Assembly: GCF_031769215.1 (NCBI RefSeq)
Contig: NW_026781915.1
Location: 1,984,001 to 2,048,000, forward strand
From: Ylistrum balloti
Lineage: Eukaryota
Length of the DNA stretch: 64,000 nucleotides
Direction: 5' to 3'
In this document: in pieces, positions 58,770 through 64,000 of the stretch
Layout: each line of letters opens with the position of its first letter
How positions within the stretch are numbered: the first letter of the stretch is position 1
Position numbers and translations under genes: made by a program
The notes under the pieces: generated by a model
What the model saw: the letters and a program-made list of their open reading frames with translations, nothing else
What the model was told of the DNA's origin: nothing
Database searches by the model: none

Positions 58770-60070
58770 GTCTCTTGCAGATAGATGACACATCTATGAT
58801 GTATGCCTTTTCTTCTTGTGTAAAAATTGAACGTGTAATTAATCATGACCTTCAGTGTTTAGACAATTGGTCAAAACAGCGGATAGTTACATTTAATTCC
58901 AATAAAACTCAAGTATTATGTATTTCCAATATAACAGAATTATTACGAATTTCAACTATTTTAATAAGACAATTCTGCAATTTTCAGAAAGCCACACGCA
59001 TTTGTGCGTGACTCTAAGCTCTCATGCAAAGTGGGGTGACAATTAAAAAAATATATCAGACAACATCGAAAAAAAAGTTAAAAGATTGATAACTACTTTA
59101 AGATTTTATATTTTCAACTTTGGAATATGCTTGTGAACTTTGGACTGATCGTTCCCAATTCTACGCCGCTTTACTAGAAAAGATTCAACTCGAAGCAGCT
59201 AAAATTGTAACTGGACTGCCAAGGTCTACCACTAACTAATAGTGAAACTATACGGGGAACTTTAATAAGTAGAGGAGAAAGGAGAAGTTTTTATTTATTA
59301 CAAAATACATCACAAGCTGTCACTTTCCTACTTGTATACATTACTGCCTGGTTTAGTGCGAGATATAAACCCATACCTATTGGGATATGATAGCAATTAC
59401 CTAATTCAAAATTGTAGTCATATAAATACCATTTATATTAACAACCTTCAGACTCTGAAATAGTCACTCGGAAACTGTTAGGCACCAGCTAACGCTGTGG
59501 ATGCCTTTAATAACTTAAAATACATCAAAATCACTAGAACCCTCTGCTCTAATTTTTAATCACTGACCTCGTCGTCTCAATATTCTACTTACTAAGTTAA
59601 AACATGATTGCAGTACATTCAAAATTATCTTTATAATTTTATAAAATTATAAGGTACATTCAAAATTATCTTTATAATTTTATAAAATTATAAGGTACAT
59701 TCAAAATTATCTTTATAATTTTATAAAATTATAAGGTACATTCAAAATTATCTTTATAATTTTATTAAAATTATAAAGGTTCCCCTTCATTTGTTTGTAG
59801 TTATTCACGTGATTTATTTTTATTTATTTATTTTTTTGCATTTTTTATTTAATCATTTTTTACATTTTTCTATTGTTGAAATGTCCGCTTTAAAATAACA
59901 TAAGTAATGTACCCAACCTTCACTAACTTTACTAGAATATCCTGTCATAAGTGATTATTCTTTAAAGAATTAGGAACTGCTATATAATTCGTTTGAGGTA
60001 CACATATATGTTTATTGTTTCTGTTACATTGTGCCCAAGCCTCTTGCTTGGTTTAGAATATATTTAAACT
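58770..60070 (+). mobile_element. Decayed 3' fragment of a CR1/L2-type LINE
   Basis: Broken frames give DDTS.MY, NHDL..L..WS...FNSNKT, LEYACE.W, LEKIQLEAAKIVTGLP, RR...YKI, and L.PRRLNILLTKLKH. The 3' end has aaact repeats. Confidence 0.7.
59613..59778. repeat. 41-bp tandem repeat (about 4 units) inside the LINE remnant
   Basis: gtacattcaaaattatctttataattttataaaattataag at 59613, 59654, 59695 and 59736. Confidence 0.9.
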
Positions 60071-61369
60071 AAACTAAAATCTCCCTTCATAGGTTAATCC
60101 AACAAATAGATGGAGTTGTGTAGACAGGAAACACGTAAGCCTTGTAAATTGAACTCTTATTTTTAAATTGCGGGTAATAGATTTTTTCTTATTTTCATCT
60201 TCGGTATGTTTAACACCATAATGATATCATGTAATGGAAAGGGTGAAAAATAGGGACAAATCTGCCAAAATATAACAACTTAAGAGAGTGTGTTTATCTT
60301 TTAACTCGGATAGTATGTAGGTATCAGTAGAATTGTTGAAGTAATTATTGACAACAATACTAGGTCATGTTAAATGTAGCATTTGGCTGTGATACACTAA
60401 ATAATTAGATCAATAAAAACAGATAGAAAAATCAGTAAACAGCAGTCGAATATAAAACAGTTCGTTGGTGGTTCTTAAGTTGGCAAATACGAGGCTTGCT
60501 TCACATAGTAACTGAATAATCTTTCCCTGAAGGTTGAGATTCTTAGCCCACCTTCAAAGAGATAAATGATGACAATTCTCTTATCCTACTGACCTTCTTA
60601 TGTATGTACTAGTGTAGTTATCTCAAGGCTTAGCGTTCTTAACATGACCTTGGGAGAGACTTTAATGATCCTCTCCTATCTTGGGGATAGAACAGAGAAC
60701 TATGTACTCTATAGGGAGATTCTTGACTGTTGATCTCAAGGATTTTACCTTTTCCAGAGTGTGGGATTGTCCTGTGATGTATGTGGCAAATCTCGTAGAT
60801 TTACAGGTATGCACGTTAAGGGGGCTTTACACTCTCAGAAATGACGGACGACAGACGACAGAAAGTGTATATAATATCAACTTTATTATTGTATGATAAT
60901 TGTTAAACAAGTTACATCAACTTTTTCCCAATTGATCTCCAATGCTGGTCCGGATGTGCGCGTGTAATGGCACTTATTTGAAAAGAATCTCGGTCCCATG
61001 GGTGAAAGGAAACTGCGTCACCTGACAAACAGAACTATTTTTCCATCTCAACAGAGGCTAGAGTAGAATTACGTTTTCACTTCTTCACTGCTGGTAACAA
61101 AAAAATTGTTAGTTGTGTTTGACCTGGACGCAGGTAAATGCCTCCAAGCAAGATGTAGCCTGACTGTGATTGTCTTTTTCCATTGGAATAACATTTAGGT
61201 TGTGTCCAGTAATTATCCAGTCTGGCTTTGAATTGTTTTTGGTGTTGGTGGCGTGACGATGTGATCATCAAGTAACTGACTGTGACCATTTAGGAATCAT
61301 TCAAGGGTTAGTTTATAGGGTATCGCATCTCCTAACAATTGAATCTGTTCAAACAAACTTTAAAAATGT

Positions 61370-61745
61370 AAGATATGTACATGGTCTGTGATTATGTACA
61401 TGGTATGTAAATATGTACATGGTCTGTAAATATGTACATGGTACGTAAATATGTATATGGTCTGAATATATGTACATGGTATGTAAATATGTATATGGTC
61501 TGTAAATATGTACATGGTCTGTAATTATGTACATGGTATGTAAACATGTATATGGTCTGTAAATATGTACATGGTCTGTAATTATGTACATGGTATGTAA
61601 ATATGTATATGGTCTGTAAATATGTACATGGTCTGTAATTATGTACATGGTCTGTAAATATGTAAATATGTATATGGTCTGTAAATATGTATATGTTCTG
61701 TCATTATGTACATGGTCTGTAAATATGTACATGGTTTGTGAATAT
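61370..61745. repeat. About 19-20-bp minisatellite
   Basis: atatgtacatggtctgtaa and variants, about 19 units. Confidence 0.9.
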
Positions 61746-62255
61746 GTGGGCAGTAAATGCTGTCTGAACGAACTCTTTCCATCGTTGCTTCTTTGTTAAC
61801 ACTTTTCCAACTGACTTTGATATACCGTTCGTCCTTCTACACATCTAATTGATTGATACTTTTCCTGTAGTTTAATGTGTGTGTGTAATACGAGTACTTA
61901 GCATAAATCTAGGTGGAATTTCAACAATCATGCTGACTATATTTGGGGATTGCTCGAGACATCATGTAACTTAAAATTTTCACCGATGTAATGAAACAGT
62001 AGCATCTGTGATATTGTTTCCGGAAAGCCATTTATATGACTTAGAAATATTGGTGGTCCGAAGGCACTGCCATCTGCAACTCCACAAGTCACATCAATCC
62101 ATATTAATACTTTATCAAGTACTGATTAAATTTTTATAACAGAATGTTAACTTTCATTCACACATGATTCGATATGTCTTAAATTCGACAAAGACTTCAA
62201 CGAAATTGTAACAATATTCAATAAACTTTAATTTGATATCCTCACAAGAAAGTTT

Positions 62256-63053
62256 TCATCTCGAATTTCCCGCCAAATTTTCCATGAGAGTTTCCACATC
62301 CTCCATTGTTTGCTTTCTTTCGTCAGGTGACGAGTTTAGAAAACGGTCATTTCGAGCGGTATCTACAGAAACCACAGCTATCGAGTTTCGCCTCTGGCAG
62401 ACAGCGGTAGTCGAAGTTCTGTTGTTTTCGGAAGCACTTGTTTTAGCCACACCTGGGAGGGACGGAAGTACAGAGCTATGTCTGCGGGAGGTAAATTTGT
62501 TCTGGTCACTCGGGTTCTTGTCTTTCACACGAACATCTGATGTTTCTAAGCGTTCCAAGGCTTCCTTCATCTTAAGTTTCCTGTTGAGAAACGAAGAGCG
62601 AGTTTGGTCATCTTCCGGTATAATACTACCACGTCTTGTACTTCCGGTTACCATCTCGCTATTCCTACACCTCTTCTTCGGCATTTTTTCACTTGTATCC
62701 GCTTTCCTGTTTTGTGCAGATATATTCTTCAATTCATCCATCTTTTTATCAAACTCCTCGAGAGACATACTTAGCGGACCAGACTTGCGCATGTGTTTGT
62801 ATTCCGATTTCTCCTGATTTGTCAAGCCGGATGGACAGACAACATTTTTGTTTGTAGAAGAAGGATGGATAACACCCCAGAGATCCAGCACAACATTCTT
62901 GTTCTGTATAATGCGTGATGTGTTACACTCTAGTTTGGAGTGTAATTTCAGTAATTGCGAACCAAGGCGGCGCTGCTGTGTTCTATTTCGGTTCCTTGCA
63001 CTTTCCATTGCCCGAGATTCTTTCACTACCGGCAGTCCAAATATGGGATCCAT
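62256..63053 (-). CDS. Uncharacterised 265-aa protein with an N-terminal coiled coil and a disordered Ser/Arg/Lys-rich tail
   Basis: Non-repetitive 798-nt ORF with clearly higher GC than its flanks and acaATGG start context. A polypyrimidine tract and AG lie just upstream (about 63070-63090). No family recognised with confidence. Confidence 0.6.
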   Translation of the reverse strand: MDPIFGLPVVKESRAMESARNRNRTQQRRLGSQLLKLHSKLECNTSRIIQNKNVVLDLWGVIHPSSTNKNVVCPSGLTNQEKSEYKHMRKSGPLSMSLEEFDKKMDELKNISAQNRKADTSEKMPKKRCRNSEMVTGSTRRGSIIPEDDQTRSSFLNRKLKMKEALERLETSDVRVKDKNPSDQNKFTSRRHSSVLPSLPGVAKTSASENNRTSTTAVCQRRNSIAVVSVDTARNDRFLNSSPDERKQTMEDVETLMENLAGNSR

Positions 63054-63327
63054 TGTTCTTCGAAAACCTTCTCGAGAGAAAAAAAGGGTATTACGAACGT
63101 TATTATGTTAGACACGATATATAAAGTGTCGCTATGGACTTCCAGATTTATAGTCTTAAGTTTCACATGCGTATATGCTTGATGATATTTGTCAAATGAA
63201 TTTCCGTTGTATGTACAAAGCATATATTTTTCATTACGCAGTCGCAGCAAAAGATTTCTTTCGTCAGATGCAATCTTATTAAGAAAAAAATAAGAAAACA
63301 AATGAAATAGTAAAAAAGGTAGGAATG

Positions 63328-64000
63328 ACAGGAAAACGTCCAACAAACCTTTGTACAAACAAACAGGAAAACATCCAACAAACCTCTGTACAAACAAACA
63401 GGAAAACAGCCAACAAACCTTTGTACAAACAAACAGGAAAACATCCAACAAACCTTTGTACAAACAAACAGAAAAACATCCAACAAACCTTTGTACAAAC
63501 AAACAGAAAACAGCCAACAATCCTTTGTACAAACAAACAGAAAAACATCCAACAAACCTTTGTACAAACAAACAGAAAACATCCAACAAACCTTTGTACA
63601 AATAAACAGGAAAACATCCAACAAACCTTTGTACAAACAAACAGAAAACATCCAACAAACCTTTGTACAAATAAACAGGAAAACATTCAACAAACTTTTG
63701 TACAAACAAACAGGAAAACATTCAACAAACCTTTGTACAAACAAACAGGAAAACATCCAACAAACCTTTGTACAAACAAACAGGAAGACATCCAACAAAC
63801 CTCTGTACAAACAAACAGAAAACATCCAACAAACCTCTGTACAAACAAACAGGAAAACAGCCAACAAACCTTTGTACAAACAAACAGGAAAACATCCAAC
63901 AAACCTCTGTACAAACAAACAGGAAGACATCCAACAAACCTCTGTACAAACAAACAGGAAAACATCCAACAAACCTTTGTACAAACAAACAGGAAAACAG
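63328..64000. repeat. 34-35-bp minisatellite running off the window end
   Basis: aacaaacctttgtacaaacaaacaggaaaacatcc, about 19 units. It explains the stack of ORFs at 63026-63988. Confidence 0.95.

Noticed and set aside
60914-61265. Exon-like pair on the minus strand (acceptor near 61021, donor near 61072, AATAAA near 60885)
   Set aside because: No splice phase gives a continuous reading frame across both segments and no protein motif was recognised. It could still be a non-coding or UTR structure.
61349-64000. ORFs at 61349-61732 and 63026-63988 (hydrophobic or Cys-rich repeats)
   Set aside because: They are translations of minisatellites, open in several frames at once and with no unique sequence.

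Overview
AT-rich, intron-containing animal DNA. The repeat landscape and protein sequences suggest a bivalve mollusc (inference). Host genes reconstructed by hand from splice sites and reading frame: the 3' part of an NDUFA11/Tim17-family gene (+), a complete 2-Ig-domain GPI-anchored protein gene (+, 239 aa), a complete 14-exon LMBRD1 (-, 537 aa), a complete 12-exon PRIM2 (+, 520 aa) head-to-head with LMBRD1, a 1125-aa 12-finger zinc-finger gene (-), and an orphan 265-aa ORF (-). Mobile DNA: several non-autonomous Helentron-type elements, an internally deleted PHD-ORF1 CR1 LINE in PRIM2 intron 1, a decayed RLE-type (Hero-like) LINE, a decayed CR1/L2 3' fragment, and an intact 5.26-kb tyrosine-recombinase retrotransposon (DIRS order, PAT/Ngaro-type split direct repeats, both repeat pairs identical). 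The top finding is in that element. Gag is fused in frame to RT-RNaseH-MT, the recombinase ORF has no ATG at its 5' end, and a consensus GT-AG intron (minus strand, 56932 to 54474) would remove RT/RNaseH/MT exactly and join Gag in frame to the recombinase. This suggests one RNA yields Gag-RT or Gag-YR by alternative splicing. LMBRD1 introns also carry tandem arrays apparently seeded from exon/donor junctions, a satellite with compensatory palindrome changes, and a 42-bp array that reads as about 50 SUMO-consensus IKVE motifs. All calls were made by eye, without database searches.
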